From an uncultured virus (IMG/VR IMGVR_UViG_3300027969_000080) (Duplodnaviria; Heunggongvirae; Uroviricota; Caudoviricetes): a stretch of 64,000 nucleotides of DNA. How positions within the stretch are numbered: the first letter of the stretch is position 1; each line of letters starts with the position of its first letter. The position numbers and the translations under genes are program-made. This document shows, piece after piece, positions 63,179 through 64,000 of this stretch. The notes beneath the pieces were generated by a model. The model did not search any database. It saw only the letters and a list, made by a program, of their open reading frames with translations, and was not told where the DNA came from. The stretch lies in IMG/VR virus record IMGVR_UViG_3300027969_000080, positions 1-64,000 of that record; one strand, given 5' to 3'.

Positions 63179-64000
63179 TTAGAACGCTTTCAAAATAATC
63201 ATGCTTTCGTTAAATCTTCCGTTCGGTGCTGCACCTACTGCTTTGATATCTTTGAAATACTTACGTGCAGCGGGTTTGCTTCCCATCACCTCTTTGATTT
63301 GCTCACCGGGCTTGCGTAGTGTTTTCATCTCGCTAGTGTTCGCATCAAACCCTAGCAGGGTGTTACCTTTAACACTGAACACTTTGCTGTACTCGTCAGC
63401 AATGTAATGATGCAGTTTACGCTTACCTGTATCATACACCCACGCCTCACTTGCACCGTGAAGTTTAGTAGGATGCACACTAACTAAATCAAGTTTAGCT
63501 GCAACGTCCTTGAACAACTTTAAGTACTTAAGTTTAGCAACAATCTTCTCAACTGGGATTGCTTTGCGTTTACGCGGAGCCTTGCTTGCTTTCTTGATGC
63601 TGATATAACTGTTCAAGTCACCTAGCACACCGTCAATGAATTTTAAAATGTTACGAATTTGAATCTTACCTAAAAACGCATAACCTTCTTTCAATGACTC
63701 GTCACCATCACTTAGACGCTGGAATTCATCTTGCTTACGCTTCCAGATTTCAACAATGATTGGGATATGTTGTGGCATGACATTGTATTTTGCAACAATA
63801 TCAACTGTCTTTTCTGACGCTTTGCCCTTAGTGACAAAATCGTCAATCATCCCTTCCATCTCACCTGCGGCATCTCGTGCTTTTTCACGCAATACTTCTT
63901 GAATGTTGGGTCGGGTGGATACAGTTTCTTCTTTCACAATACTAGTTTGACTAGTTTTTACTTCACTAGTGGTCAGTGATTTTACCAATCTTTTAATATC
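63179..64000 (-). CDS. hypothetical phage protein, 5' end probably outside the window
   Basis: frame appears open to the window edge; KTLRKP, NGRFNE..IILK C-terminus. Confidence 0.7.
   Translation of the reverse strand, partial: DIKRLVKSLTTSEVKTSQTSIVKEETVSTRPNIQEVLREKARDAAGEMEGMIDDFVTKGKASEKTVDIVAKYNVMPQHIPIIVEIWKRKQDEFQRLSDGDESLKEGYAFLGKIQIRNILKFIDGVLGDLNSYISIKKASKAPRKRKAIPVEKIVAKLKYLKLFKDVAAKLDLVSVHPTKLHGASEAWVYDTGKRKLHHYIADEYSKVFSVKGNTLLGFDANTSEMKTLRKPGEQIKEVMGSKPAARKYFKDIKAVGAAPNGRFNESMIILKAF

Overview
This is a 64-kb segment of a large, AT-rich, T4-like lytic myophage genome that reads cleanly in the standard genetic code. (1) 1-7745, + strand: a dense array of 28 tRNA genes plus one degenerate tRNA-like RNA. 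It is interleaved with several non-tRNA structured RNAs, two endonuclease genes that overlap tRNA genes, and small accessory ORFs. (2) 7756-19459, + strand: early/accessory genes under strong TTGACA-N17-TATAAT promoters, including a phage RpoZ (omega), a DUF2828-like TROVE/vWA protein, a metallophosphoesterase, a GIY-YIG nuclease and a possible ArfA-like peptide. (3) 19484-64000, almost all - strand: late genes, namely a glycosyltransferase/methyltransferase cassette, a papain-like protease, a family of modular Gly-X-Thr collagen-like fibres, a GH19 endolysin, and homologues of T4 gp4, gp19, gp18, gp1 and gp13 plus MazG. The most interesting signal is a four-member family of small RNAs with the pattern AGGAT-NN...(G/T)T(T/C)CAGCAA...NN-ATCCTG and covarying closing stems. 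Two copies lie immediately upstream of the Ro60/TROVE-like gene and two lie inside the tRNA array. One displays an exact tRNA-Lys(UUU) anticodon loop. The two promoters upstream of these pairs share an ACAACAA-N7-TTGTTGT palindrome. Together this suggests a phage Ro60-like protein with modular Y-like, anticodon-mimic RNAs. All protein family calls come from motif recognition by eye; no database searches were run.
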